NCBI GenBank assembly: GCA_903884375.1
Contig: CAISER010000035.1
Location: 36-64,035, forward strand
Source: Candidatus Collierbacteria bacterium
GTDB taxonomy: Bacteria; Patescibacteriota; Microgenomatia; UBA1400; MFAQ01
Direction of reading: 5' to 3'
DNA: 64,000 nt
In this document: positions 32,687-41,955 of the stretch, piece by piece
Numbering within the stretch: the first letter of the stretch is position 1
Layout of the letters: each line of letters starts with the position of its first letter
The notes under the pieces: model-generated
Database searches by the model: none
What the model saw: the letters and a program-made list of their open reading frames with translations, nothing else
Told to the model about the DNA's origin: nothing
Translations under genes and position numbers: made by a program

Positions 32687-34594
32687 TTATTTAACAGGTA
32701 ACGGACCAATAACCCCAGTTTTGACGATATTCATCCAAACTTCAGGGGTCGGTTCCAACCATTTCTGTGCAGCTGCCCAGCCTTCATTTGTATCCGGGAA
32801 GTATCCAGCAGATACTAACCAGGCAATTACATCCCAATCGCTAATATTCAATAGTGTCGGTAAAAGCATAATACCGTCTTTTTGAACAAACCAAGGTCCA
32901 TAGGTTAACGAACAGGGAACGTATTTATCGACCTGATTATTCTTACCCCAATCAATTAACGGCGTTTCATCCATTTCATAAAACTTTAAGAAATTATGGG
33001 TTAGTTCACGCGGTAATATGATTCGGTAGTAAGTTTTATCAAGTCCCTCAAAGGGTTGGGCTAAAATAAAGACGCCTTTAATGTTGTGTTTGCTCTGAGC
33101 AATAACCACATACGGAACACCTGCGTCCTTCAAAGTATTTTCGGATACCGATACTAGAGCCATAAATGGTTGGTCTCTAAAGGCAAAAGTATATGAGCCA
33201 GTAACAACATAGCCATAATTCTTGCCTTCAAAGCACGGAACGCAATCTTGAGATCCCATTGCCCAAACAATGTTGTGTTCCTTCAAGGGTATCTCGTCAA
33301 TGTGAGGACCACACAAAGGACATTCTTTTATCTTTGGATTAACATAACAGTTATCAAGTTTATTAATTACACCGCTTTTCTCTGATTTGCCATCGCTAAA
33401 CAAATAACCAGAATCAGCAACTGCAGTGTAATAATAAGGGGTATTATTGTTATCCAGTGTTATGGTTTGGGTGCCGTGAATTTCTTGACCGTTGATAAAA
33501 ACTGTTGCGTGAGGACTGGTAATAGACACATCCATCCAAGAACCTATTTTTATGGTTCCACAGGATACTTGAACATTTGTTGATGCCACATTACTCACAC
33601 AAGAAGTATCTTCAACAATCTTTTTAGAAAATGTATTTTTGTATCCGTCAGGCCAAGTTACCTCGTATGAAACGGTAAAGTCTTCTTGAACAAACGGCAT
33701 AGTCCATACACCAGACTCGGCAGTTAAAGGCACAGCAACCCCACCTTCAGAAGGTGTGATTTCGCTTGACCATTTATTACAGTCACTTTTTGACGAAATA
33801 GGGGCAAGGTGCTCGAGAACTACCAGACATTCATTTGGTTCAGAAAAAGAATTGTATGGAAGAGTAATCGATAAGGGAATACCGGAAGACCAAGTTACAA
33901 CCACATTACCGGCAGAAATAGGTCCTTCTGTTTTGTATGGGTCAAGCCAAAGCCCGGAAATATTTCCTGAAATTACTCCACCAGCACTGGTATTTGCAGA
34001 TATATTGTAACCATCGCAATTGTTAATATTTGTTAGGGTTGCTGAATTGGTAATCACTGGAGGATTACATTTTCCAATGCTGTCATTCTCATGTCCAGCT
34101 TGGGTTGTGCCATTTTCATAAAAGTGTCCAAGTGCAGCATTGATCGAAACCGTCTGCTCAATGTAGTTTGCTGGATCATCAGCTCTACCGGCAACGTGAC
34201 AAATTGTTATTTTGCACTCGCCAGAACGATGTTCCGACCAGTTTTCAAACTCTGAATGGGTGTAGGACGTTTGGGTCCAATGATCACCCCAGTCTGAGCT
34301 TGTAAACTTTGTCCAAACGACGGTAACAGTACCATTCATTTCTGTTTGGAGAACTCCCCAATCAAAAACACCAACTCCTGTAATGTTTGTTGGACGCCAT
34401 TGAATGAGAGACGGTCCGCTATTATCTTCGTTATAAATATTAGGAACTGCCGTGACAGTAACCTTCTCGCAGTTTGAATTATCAGAGGCATTTACATCAA
34501 AAGGATTCCAAGTAGCCGATACATTGTTCGTCGGTACGAGGATAAATGCCAAGGTAGCCAAAATAAGGCTAATGGAAAAAACGATTCTTTTCAT
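32687..34594 (-). CDS. Secreted multi-domain Cys-containing surface protein (hypothetical)
   Basis: Signal peptide, KITICH motif, two internal ~70-aa repeats and a strong GAGGAGG SD. Confidence 0.8.
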   Translation of the reverse strand: MKRIVFSISLILATLAFILVPTNNVSATWNPFDVNASDNSNCEKVTVTAVPNIYNEDNSGPSLIQWRPTNITGVGVFDWGVLQTEMNGTVTVVWTKFTSSDWGDHWTQTSYTHSEFENWSEHRSGECKITICHVAGRADDPANYIEQTVSINAALGHFYENGTTQAGHENDSIGKCNPPVITNSATLTNINNCDGYNISANTSAGGVISGNISGLWLDPYKTEGPISAGNVVVTWSSGIPLSITLPYNSFSEPNECLVVLEHLAPISSKSDCNKWSSEITPSEGGVAVPLTAESGVWTMPFVQEDFTVSYEVTWPDGYKNTFSKKIVEDTSCVSNVASTNVQVSCGTIKIGSWMDVSITSPHATVFINGQEIHGTQTITLDNNNTPYYYTAVADSGYLFSDGKSEKSGVINKLDNCYVNPKIKECPLCGPHIDEIPLKEHNIVWAMGSQDCVPCFEGKNYGYVVTGSYTFAFRDQPFMALVSVSENTLKDAGVPYVVIAQSKHNIKGVFILAQPFEGLDKTYYRIILPRELTHNFLKFYEMDETPLIDWGKNNQVDKYVPCSLTYGPWFVQKDGIMLLPTLLNISDWDVIAWLVSAGYFPDTNEGWAAAQKWLEPTPEVWMNIVKTGVIGPLPVK

Positions 34595-34873
34595 CGAAAC
34601 CTCCTCAGGTTTAGAACAAAAACTAGACTTTTGTAGTTAAAACCAACATTACATTACGCACATAAAAATATTAATCAGGCACCACCTCCTCTATTTAAAA
34701 AAATGGAATTTATACATAATTTATTTCCCGTTGTTAAAGAACAGTTCGGGTAAATAAACTATTTTTTTACTCCACCCGAACCAATTACTTCGGGTGGATT
34801 CGCTGTTAACTCCGCATAGCCATAAGCGACCAATATTTAGGCTATGTTTCATAGTTTCACGTAGTATGGAGCC

Positions 34874-34902
34874 ATTATATTAAATGATATAAGATATGTC
34901 AA
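34874..34902 (-). promoter_or_regulatory. Consensus sigma70 promoter (TTGACA-17-TATAAT) upstream of a ~275-nt leader and the 635-aa gene
   Basis: Minus strand TTGACA (34902-34897), 17 nt, TATAAT (34879-34874). Confidence 0.75.
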
Positions 34903-35052
34903 TAGAACAAAATAAAAAGACAGGATATGTCAATATATTCAATACTATTCAGCTGTGCACTTATCCTGTAAATTTACGATAGTAATAACCTAAAAGAACT
35001 CTTATCGGCCACAATAAGAATATAATTCCCATTTAATTAAATCAATCAATAC

Positions 35053-35083
35053 AAAAAATCCCCCGACAAGCGAGAGATCTTTC
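35053..35083 (-). terminator. Terminator after tRNA-Glu, with a CTTGT loop
   Basis: Minus strand ATCTCTCG-CTTGT-CGGGGGAT followed by a T run. Confidence 0.7.
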
Positions 35084-35087
35084 ATTG

Positions 35088-35161
35088 TGATCCCGGCGGG
35101 AATCGAACCCGCGATATTCAGGATGAAAACCTGACGTCCTAGGCCGCTAGACGACGGGACC
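35088..35161 (-). tRNA. tRNA-Glu(TTC)
   Basis: Reverse complement GGTCCCGTCGTCTAGCGGCCTAGGACGTCAGGTTTTCATCCTGAATATCGCGGGTTCGATTCCCGCCGGGATCA. Confidence 0.95.
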
Positions 35162-35177
35162 AAATATATTAATTAAT

Positions 35178-35318
35178 GGACTCGAAGTCTTCGGTAACTT
35201 CTGCTGAAGTTCCTCAGACCGCGACTCGGCAAAATCGTTACGAGTTTGCCTCCGTCAGGTTCGAGTCTATGTCAATCAACTTTTATTAATTCTGCCACAA
35301 GGACAGATTTAATAAATG
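35178..35318 (-). repeat. tRNA-trailing structured element, copy 2 (longer), between tRNA-Lys and tRNA-Glu
   Basis: CTTGT hairpin, anti-T-arm GACTCGAACC, conserved tail, two further hairpins and a terminal TTCGAGTCC duplicating the tRNA T-arm. Confidence 0.8.
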
Positions 35319-35392
35319 TGGGTCAGCCGGGACTCGAACCCGGGACACCCTGCTTAAAAGGCAGGTGCTCTAACCGACTGAGCTACTGACCC
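35319..35392 (-). tRNA. tRNA-Lys(TTT)
   Basis: Reverse complement GGGTCAGTAGCTCAGTCGGTTAGAGCACCTGCCTTTTAAGCAGGGTGTCCCGGGTTCGAGTCCCGGCTGACCCA. Confidence 0.95.
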
Positions 35393-35465
35393 ATTGAACG
35401 CAACCAACGCACTATTTTACCATAATTAGTCTCAAAATAATAAAAAAATGAGCTAAGATAAAACA

Positions 35466-35957
35466 ATGAAAGTCTTAGGAATTGATCCTGGAACAGGCCG
35501 TGTTGGTTGGGCTATAGTTGAACACGATAAAGGCAATGATTCATTGATTAAATGTGGTTGTTTTGAGACAAAATCAAAATCTGAACTTCCCGGAAGGCTT
35601 CAAAAAATATATCTTTATATTCAAGAAATAATTACAAAATTTAAGCCTGATGTTTTTGTAGTCGAATCGCTTTTTTTCTCAACTAATGCAAAAACTGCAT
35701 TTGATGTTGGAGCTGCTAGAGGAGTAATTCTACTAGCGGGAGAGGAAGCAAAGATACCTATTTTTCAATACACTCCACTTCAAGTTAAATCATCTCTTGT
35801 TGGCTATGGTCAAGCCGATAAAAAACAGGTTCAATTCATGGTTACAAAAATTCTTCATCTTAAAGAAATTCCCAAGCCGGATGATGCAGCCGATGCAATT
35901 GCCATTGCTCTCACTCACATGTTCCATCACCCAAACCCATTAAAAGCACGAAACTAG
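35466..35957 (+). CDS. ruvC: Holliday junction resolvase RuvC
   Basis: LGIDPG, VVESLFF, ARGV, G.ADKKQV and DDAADA motifs. Confidence 0.96.
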   Translation: MKVLGIDPGTGRVGWAIVEHDKGNDSLIKCGCFETKSKSELPGRLQKIYLYIQEIITKFKPDVFVVESLFFSTNAKTAFDVGAARGVILLAGEEAKIPIFQYTPLQVKSSLVGYGQADKKQVQFMVTKILHLKEIPKPDDAADAIAIALTHMFHHPNPLKARN

Positions 35958-35975
35958 CCATGCTATACTGGCTAT

Positions 35976-36536
35976 ATGATAGGCTTCTTGGAAGGTCAGG
36001 TAAAATTCGCAACTATAGGTAAAATTATTCTATTTGCCAATGGTATTGGTTTTACTGTTAATATTCCGGGAAATATTAATTTTTTGGAAAATCAAAAAAC
36101 TTCTTTATATATTCATACCCACATTAGAGAAGACAATTTGGCTTTATATGGTTTTAATTCTGCTAAAGACCTTGAAATATTCGAGTTATTACTTACTGTA
36201 TCTGGAGTCGGTCCAAAAATTGCCTTAACGATGCTCACCTCATCGACTGAAAAAAATATTAAAAATGCTATCGTCGAAAGCAATCTTGCCTTTTTTTCTT
36301 CGATTTCTGGAGTAGGTAAAAAAACAGCTCAAAAAATCATACTTGACCTAAAATCAAAGCTTGGTAAAGGTGACGTCAACATGGGGAATCTGGAAGGTAA
36401 TTCTGAGCTTATTGATTCATTAATTAGTCTTGGATTTCAAAAGGGGGAAATTTCCTCTATCTATTCTAAAATAGATAATTCTCTTTCTTTGGGAGCTCAA
36501 GTTAAAGAAGCGCTAAAATTATTAAAGAATGACTAA
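35976..36536 (+). CDS. ruvA: Holliday junction branch migration protein RuvA
   Basis: MIGFLEG, REDNLALYGF, VSGVGPK and GVGKKTA motifs. Confidence 0.95.
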   Translation: MIGFLEGQVKFATIGKIILFANGIGFTVNIPGNINFLENQKTSLYIHTHIREDNLALYGFNSAKDLEIFELLLTVSGVGPKIALTMLTSSTEKNIKNAIVESNLAFFSSISGVGKKTAQKIILDLKSKLGKGDVNMGNLEGNSELIDSLISLGFQKGEISSIYSKIDNSLSLGAQVKEALKLLKND

Positions 36537-37494
36537 TCAGGCGGAAATAATAAATATTCGTCCATCACACTGGGCAGATTTTACCGGTCAGCCACAAGTA
36601 GTTAAATCTCTTCAAATTGCTATACAAGCTGCAAAATCTCGGAAGGAACCGATGGAACATACTCTATTATATGGTCCTCCTGGTCTTGGGAAAACAACAC
36701 TGGCACATATCATTGCCAATGAAATGGGAGTTAATCTCAAAATCACATCAGGTCCTGCTCTAACTAGAGCCGGAGATCTTGCCTCAATACTAACTGCGTT
36801 AGAGCCAGGAGATGTATTATTTATTGATGAAATTCATAGACTTAATAAAACTGTCGAAGAAGCCCTCTATCCGGCCATGGAAGACTTTGCAATCGATATA
36901 ATTCTTGGAAAAGGACCAGCAGCAAAAAACTTAAGGCTGGATTTAAATCCATTCACACTAATAGGAGCCACAACCCAAGCAGGGAAAATTAGCTCTCCCC
37001 TAAGGGATCGTTTTGGTATTGTTCACCGATTACGTTTTTATGAACCAACAGAACTTCAAGGAATTATTCTTAAAACTGCCAAAAAATTAAAACTTAAACT
37101 AGATGATGATTCAGCCTTGGAAATTGCTAAACGTTCTCGGGGGACTGCTCGTATCGCTCTAAAATTATTAAGAAGAGTTAGAGATTTTAATTTAGTAGAA
37201 CATGACTCCAAATCAAACTTGGATATCACCCAAAAATCTCTTGCGTTTTATGAAGTTGATAATGAGGGTCTTGATGAAACAGACAGAAGATTGTTGACTG
37301 CCATAATCGACCTTCATGCCGGTGGACCTGTGGGACTTGAAACATTGGCAGCACTAATTTCCGAATCTGTAGAAACAATCACGGATCTATACGAACCGTA
37401 TCTCTTACAGTCAGGTTTTCTCTCAAAAACATCACGCGGCAGAGTAGCCACAGACAAAGCTTATTCACATCTAGGAAAAACAAAAATGGATTAA
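36529..37494 (+). CDS. ruvB: Holliday junction branch migration ATPase RuvB
   Basis: GPPGLGKTT, FIDEIHR, YPAMED, PLRDRFG and EPYL motifs. Confidence 0.97.
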   Translation: MTNQAEIINIRPSHWADFTGQPQVVKSLQIAIQAAKSRKEPMEHTLLYGPPGLGKTTLAHIIANEMGVNLKITSGPALTRAGDLASILTALEPGDVLFIDEIHRLNKTVEEALYPAMEDFAIDIILGKGPAAKNLRLDLNPFTLIGATTQAGKISSPLRDRFGIVHRLRFYEPTELQGIILKTAKKLKLKLDDDSALEIAKRSRGTARIALKLLRRVRDFNLVEHDSKSNLDITQKSLAFYEVDNEGLDETDRRLLTAIIDLHAGGPVGLETLAALISESVETITDLYEPYLLQSGFLSKTSRGRVATDKAYSHLGKTKMD

Positions 37495-37511
37495 CTATCT
37501 ATAATATCTTT

Positions 37512-38648
37512 GTGATTTTTCTTTCAATAATACTAGGTATATTTTCTTATCTGATTTCAGTTACTCCTGTTTTGGCAATATATGATCCGTTGTCTGTTCC
37601 CAATAATAAAATCGGTATTCACATTCTATTTCCTGACGAAATTGAACCAGCATCTAAAATAATTAATAATAATGGGAAAGCACAGTGGGGTTACGTTACT
37701 ATTCCAATCCAAGCAACAGATAGAGACCGAAAAAAATGGCAACTTTTTTTTGATCAATGCAAAAATAATAAAGTTATCCCTATCGTTAGAGTTGCCACTG
37801 TTGCTGAAGGTTCAAATTGGCAAGAACCCAATAATTTTGATTTGGTAGATTTTGCTAATTTTTTAGGAGATTTAAACTGGCCAACAACAAATCGTTATGT
37901 GATTATCTTTAATGAAGTAAATCGTTCTGACGAGTATGGTGGCTTTGTTTCTCCGGAAAAATATGCCGACATTCTTAATAATGCAATCGATATATTTAAA
38001 GCAAAATCAGCTGATTTTTTTCTACTTCCTGCAGGTCTGGATAATGCCGCCATTAACACAAAAACATCATTTAACTGGAGAAGGTATCTTGAAAGAATGT
38101 ATCTTCGGCATCCTAATATTTTTAATAAAATAGATGGCTGGACCTCACATGCCTATCCTAATCCTGATTTTTCTTCACGACCAGACATATCCGGAGTCAA
38201 TAAAGTTGACTCATTTAGAACTGATCTTAAATATATTAAGCTTTTCAGTAACAAAAAGCTCCCCGTCTTTATTACTGAAACTGGTTGGTCTAGAAAGTAT
38301 CTTTCCGAACATCAAATATCGCTTTATTATCAATATGTCCTCACTCATCAATGGAATGACCCAAATATTGTAGCTATTACTCCATTTCTTTTATCTGCAC
38401 AAGATGGAGCGTTTATGGATTTTAGTTTTAAAAATACCGATGGTGAATACAAAGAATTTGCACAAACCTTAAGTGATTATTCAACAATTGGTGAACCTAT
38501 ACTAACTCAAAAACAAGAAATAATTGAACTGCCTATTATCTCAGCCACAACTTCAGTTCAAATAACGAAATCAAATAATGAAAATTCTTTCACACTTTTA
38601 AAAAGGCTTTACAATAGCTTGTTATCTCTAATGAGTATATTTAAATAA
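37512..38648 (+). CDS. Exported clan GH-A glycoside hydrolase-like protein
   Basis: Signal peptide, FNEVN (acid/base), HAYP and VFITETGW (nucleophile). Confidence 0.75.
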   Translation: MIFLSIILGIFSYLISVTPVLAIYDPLSVPNNKIGIHILFPDEIEPASKIINNNGKAQWGYVTIPIQATDRDRKKWQLFFDQCKNNKVIPIVRVATVAEGSNWQEPNNFDLVDFANFLGDLNWPTTNRYVIIFNEVNRSDEYGGFVSPEKYADILNNAIDIFKAKSADFFLLPAGLDNAAINTKTSFNWRRYLERMYLRHPNIFNKIDGWTSHAYPNPDFSSRPDISGVNKVDSFRTDLKYIKLFSNKKLPVFITETGWSRKYLSEHQISLYYQYVLTHQWNDPNIVAITPFLLSAQDGAFMDFSFKNTDGEYKEFAQTLSDYSTIGEPILTQKQEIIELPIISATTSVQITKSNNENSFTLLKRLYNSLLSLMSIFK

Positions 38649-39332
38649 ATGATTATTCTTCATGGCGAAGATGCCAATAAATCATACGAACGGCTTACCA
38701 CACTAATTAACGAACTGAGGACAAAACAGGTTGATGTAATAACTCAAGACGCTTCCGAAATCGATCTCACAACTCTCAGACAAGAAATAGGTTCAGCAGG
38801 TCTATTTGGATCAGACAAATGTTTTGTAATCAAAAATCTATTAACCGGACAAAAGTCAAAAAATAGTGAAAAACTACTTGTAATATTAAAACAAGAAACT
38901 AATCACGAAATAATTTTATGGGAAAACAAGGGTATTACTCCCACTATTCTAAAAAAAATTCCCAAGGCCAAAATCGAATCATTTGCCATTAGTCCGTTAA
39001 TATTTAAATTTTTAGACTCTATTCGTCCAAATAACATAAAAAATATTCTTCTTTCATGGAAAAAAATGCAAAATGAAGACATCGAGCCTGAGTTTGTTTT
39101 TAGCATGATTGTTCGACAAATTAAACTAATGATTCAGGCAAAATCAGGTCCTTCTTTTCTTAAACTCGCGCCTTATCCCACAAGGCTAATATCTCAACAA
39201 GCAACCTACTTTACACTTGAACATCTTCTTGATATCTATCATCAACTTTATGAAATCGAAAATAAAATTAAAACAGGTGTTGGTGGTAATACACTAGAAT
39301 ATCTACTCACTAATATTTTTCAAAAAATATAA
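38649..39332 (+). CDS. holA: DNA polymerase III delta subunit (short form)
   Basis: MIILHGED, GLFG, IFKFLD, MIVRQIK and IKTG at the C-terminus. Confidence 0.75.
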   Translation: MIILHGEDANKSYERLTTLINELRTKQVDVITQDASEIDLTTLRQEIGSAGLFGSDKCFVIKNLLTGQKSKNSEKLLVILKQETNHEIILWENKGITPTILKKIPKAKIESFAISPLIFKFLDSIRPNNIKNILLSWKKMQNEDIEPEFVFSMIVRQIKLMIQAKSGPSFLKLAPYPTRLISQQATYFTLEHLLDIYHQLYEIENKIKTGVGGNTLEYLLTNIFQKI

Positions 39333-39375
39333 GTAGTATGATAGGGAAAGAAGGGTTACTAATTAAAAACAAAGA

Positions 39376-39654
39376 ATGATAGACAAAAATCAAAAAGGTC
39401 AAGGAGCAGTCTGGGTTATTCTAATCATTGCCATTATTGCCCTTATCGCCATTTGGATATCGAAAAATCCAATCAAACCATCAACCACCTCGGTTTCTGA
39501 AACAAATGAAATATCAATATCTCCAAGCATAACGGTTACGGTAACTTCCGCGAAAACATTACAAGAAATCGAAAAATCACTTAAAGACTTAAATGCCGAA
39601 AGTTCAGAAATAGATAATAGCCTTAACGACACTCAATTAGATATCACTCAATAA
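39376..39654 (+). CDS. Small membrane-anchored hypothetical protein
   Basis: KG/QG prepilin-like N-terminus, TM helix, S/T-rich linker and an acidic helix. Confidence 0.65.
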   Translation: MIDKNQKGQGAVWVILIIAIIALIAIWISKNPIKPSTTSVSETNEISISPSITVTVTSAKTLQEIEKSLKDLNAESSEIDNSLNDTQLDITQ

Positions 39655-39659
39655 CAAAA

Positions 39660-40376
39660 ATGAAGAAAAAATTAATTATCGTTAACAGTGTTCTGTTTAC
39701 CGGTTTATCTTTAATATATTCTCAAAAAGTGATAGCCCTTACTTTTAAGAATTTAAAAGACACATATATTCCGGTTATTACCACGGCAGTTACTCCTACA
39801 CCTACACCGACGTCAGTAGTAATAAAACGGCCAACAATTAATCTTCAATTTAAAGTTACATTAAAGAAAACTAACGCCATTAAAGAGATAGATAGACGTA
39901 TGGAAAGCCTTGGTAAACTCATTGATAAAATAACCGGCATTCAAAGGATAACTCAAACACAAAAAGAAACCTTAATTGCACAAATAAATATTGAAATCAC
40001 TAAGCTTACTGAGTTAAAAACAGCCATCGAAAATGAAACCGATGCCATTAAGCTCCAGGAGCAAAAAAAATCAATCACTGATTCATATCGAATATATGGT
40101 CTATTTATGCCTAAAATTCAAATCATTGCTCATGCAGATAAAATAATTAATATTGCCGAATCAATCTATTTGAAAACAACAGACGAAGGTTTAAAAAAAA
40201 TAATTACCGATTCAAAAGCAAAGGCGCAAAGCGCAATAGATCTAGTTATAATACTTGAACCGGAAAAATTCCCTGGCAACAAAGCGGAGCTTAAAGAAGC
40301 AAAGAATATGCTTCGTGATGCACGAACCAGTCTTAATACGGTATTTTCTACAATAAAAGGGGTATCAAGCATCTAA
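39660..40376 (+). CDS. Secreted coiled-coil hypothetical protein
   Basis: Signal peptide, TPTPTP linker and a helical EIDRR...YRIY domain. Confidence 0.7.
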   Translation: MKKKLIIVNSVLFTGLSLIYSQKVIALTFKNLKDTYIPVITTAVTPTPTPTSVVIKRPTINLQFKVTLKKTNAIKEIDRRMESLGKLIDKITGIQRITQTQKETLIAQINIEITKLTELKTAIENETDAIKLQEQKKSITDSYRIYGLFMPKIQIIAHADKIINIAESIYLKTTDEGLKKIITDSKAKAQSAIDLVIILEPEKFPGNKAELKEAKNMLRDARTSLNTVFSTIKGVSSI

Positions 40377-40641
40377 AACATTCGGGTATCAGAGGCTATA
40401 AATAGCATATTAGAATAAATCTGAGTAGGGTGTTTTTGGTGGAGGGAAATATTACTAAGAAAAGTATGATTTTTAACTCTTATACAAACCCGAGAAAGAT
40501 TCGTATAAAAAATGACCTTAAACATGCTATAATATCCCATATTGTTCTTAAGGCCGAGCATTTAGCTCGTCTTGCTTGACGCTCTCACGATTGTCTAGCT
40601 TGTATTTTCCATAGGACAATCGGGGACATTCCCCACAAAAT

Positions 40642-41865
40642 ATGCTTAATCAACGCCGTTTCGGTGGTCGTGGCTTTTCAAGTCATGGGTCAAATCGTGG
40701 TACCAGCCACACAAATATTAGACGTTCTTCTTTTGGGGTTAACCGAAGATCTCGTTTCATGCCTAAACTCATGAATCCAATGATGTTCGTTCGTCCCGCC
40801 ATGCCTAATCAACAGGAAGAAATAATTATCCAGCATAAGTTTTCTGACTTCGATATGCCAGAACAGCTAATAAAAAATATAAACAGTAAAGGTTATGTTA
40901 TCCCAACTCCCATTCAGGATGTAGCTCTCGAAGCTTCTTTAGCAGGAAAAGATGTGCTCGGGTTAGCTGATACAGGCACGGGAAAAACTGCTGTTTTTGC
41001 TCTTTCCGTGATAAAAAATATTTTAGAAAATCCAAACGATACGGCACTTGTTGTTGCCCCTACAAGAGAATTGGCTGTTCAGATAAGAGATGAGATCAGG
41101 TCATTGTCTGGTGGATTACAAATATATGCCAGTCTTTTTATTGGAGGTTCAGATATCCGCCGTCAACTAGATGAATTAAGACGACGTCCAAATGTCTATA
41201 TTGGTACACCAGGACGCCTCAGAGACCTATACAATCGTCGAGCTTTAAATCTATCAAACACACGAATTGTCGTCCTCGACGAAGTAGATAGAATGCTAGA
41301 TATGGGGTTTGTTCACGAAATAACACAGCTTCTTTCTTTTTTACCCAAAGAACATCAAACCCTCTTATTTTCAGCCACCATTGATCAAAAAGTTGAAGGT
41401 ATCGCTCTTCAGTTTATGAACAATCCAGAAAAGATTTCGGTTAAAACAAATGCGGGATCATTAAATGTCGATCAAAATATCATTAGAGCCACAGGGAAAC
41501 AAGGTAAATTTGCCGTATTAAGTGATTTACTGTCCAAAGAAAACTTTAGAAAGGTGTTAATCTTTGGACGTACCAAATACGGAGTTGAAGAAATTGCCAT
41601 TAATCTTCAAAAATCAGGTTTCAATGCCGACTCAATTCATGGAGATAAGAGGCAAAACCAAAGAGAAACAGTATTAAGGAAATTTAAAGAAAATCAAATT
41701 AGAATTCTTTGCGCAACCGATGTTGCCGCAAGGGGAATTGATGTTAAAGATATCACTCATGTAATAAATTTCGATCAACCAGCAACATATGAAGATTATA
41801 TTCATCGTATTGGTCGAACTGGTAGAGCTGGAAAATCAGGCATAGCTCTCACGTTTGTTGACTAA
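40642..41865 (+). CDS. DEAD-box RNA helicase
   Basis: Q motif PTPIQ, TGTGKT, PTRELA, DEVD, SAT and HRIGRTGRAG; Arg/Gly-rich N-terminus. Confidence 0.96.
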   Translation: MLNQRRFGGRGFSSHGSNRGTSHTNIRRSSFGVNRRSRFMPKLMNPMMFVRPAMPNQQEEIIIQHKFSDFDMPEQLIKNINSKGYVIPTPIQDVALEASLAGKDVLGLADTGTGKTAVFALSVIKNILENPNDTALVVAPTRELAVQIRDEIRSLSGGLQIYASLFIGGSDIRRQLDELRRRPNVYIGTPGRLRDLYNRRALNLSNTRIVVLDEVDRMLDMGFVHEITQLLSFLPKEHQTLLFSATIDQKVEGIALQFMNNPEKISVKTNAGSLNVDQNIIRATGKQGKFAVLSDLLSKENFRKVLIFGRTKYGVEEIAINLQKSGFNADSIHGDKRQNQRETVLRKFKENQIRILCATDVAARGIDVKDITHVINFDQPATYEDYIHRIGRTGRAGKSGIALTFVD

Positions 41866-41955
41866 GATAATATTTATCGAACTTGGTATAATCCTGACCA
41901 GCACATTAACTTGGTTAGTTAAGTAACATATTCTGTGACATCATAAAGGAGAAGA

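Noticed and set aside
35178-35270. Extra or pseudo-tRNA suggested by GGTTCGAGTC at 35258-35267
   Set aside because: No acceptor, D or anticodon arms form; it is better explained as the anti-T-arm of the tRNA-trailing element.
39781-39815. Short tandem repeat ACTCCTACACCTACACCG
   Set aside because: It simply encodes a TPTPTP linker.
40373-40561. 62-aa minus-strand ORF upstream of the helicase
   Set aside because: It overlaps the helicase promoter and leader, has no SD or -10 element and no recognisable composition.
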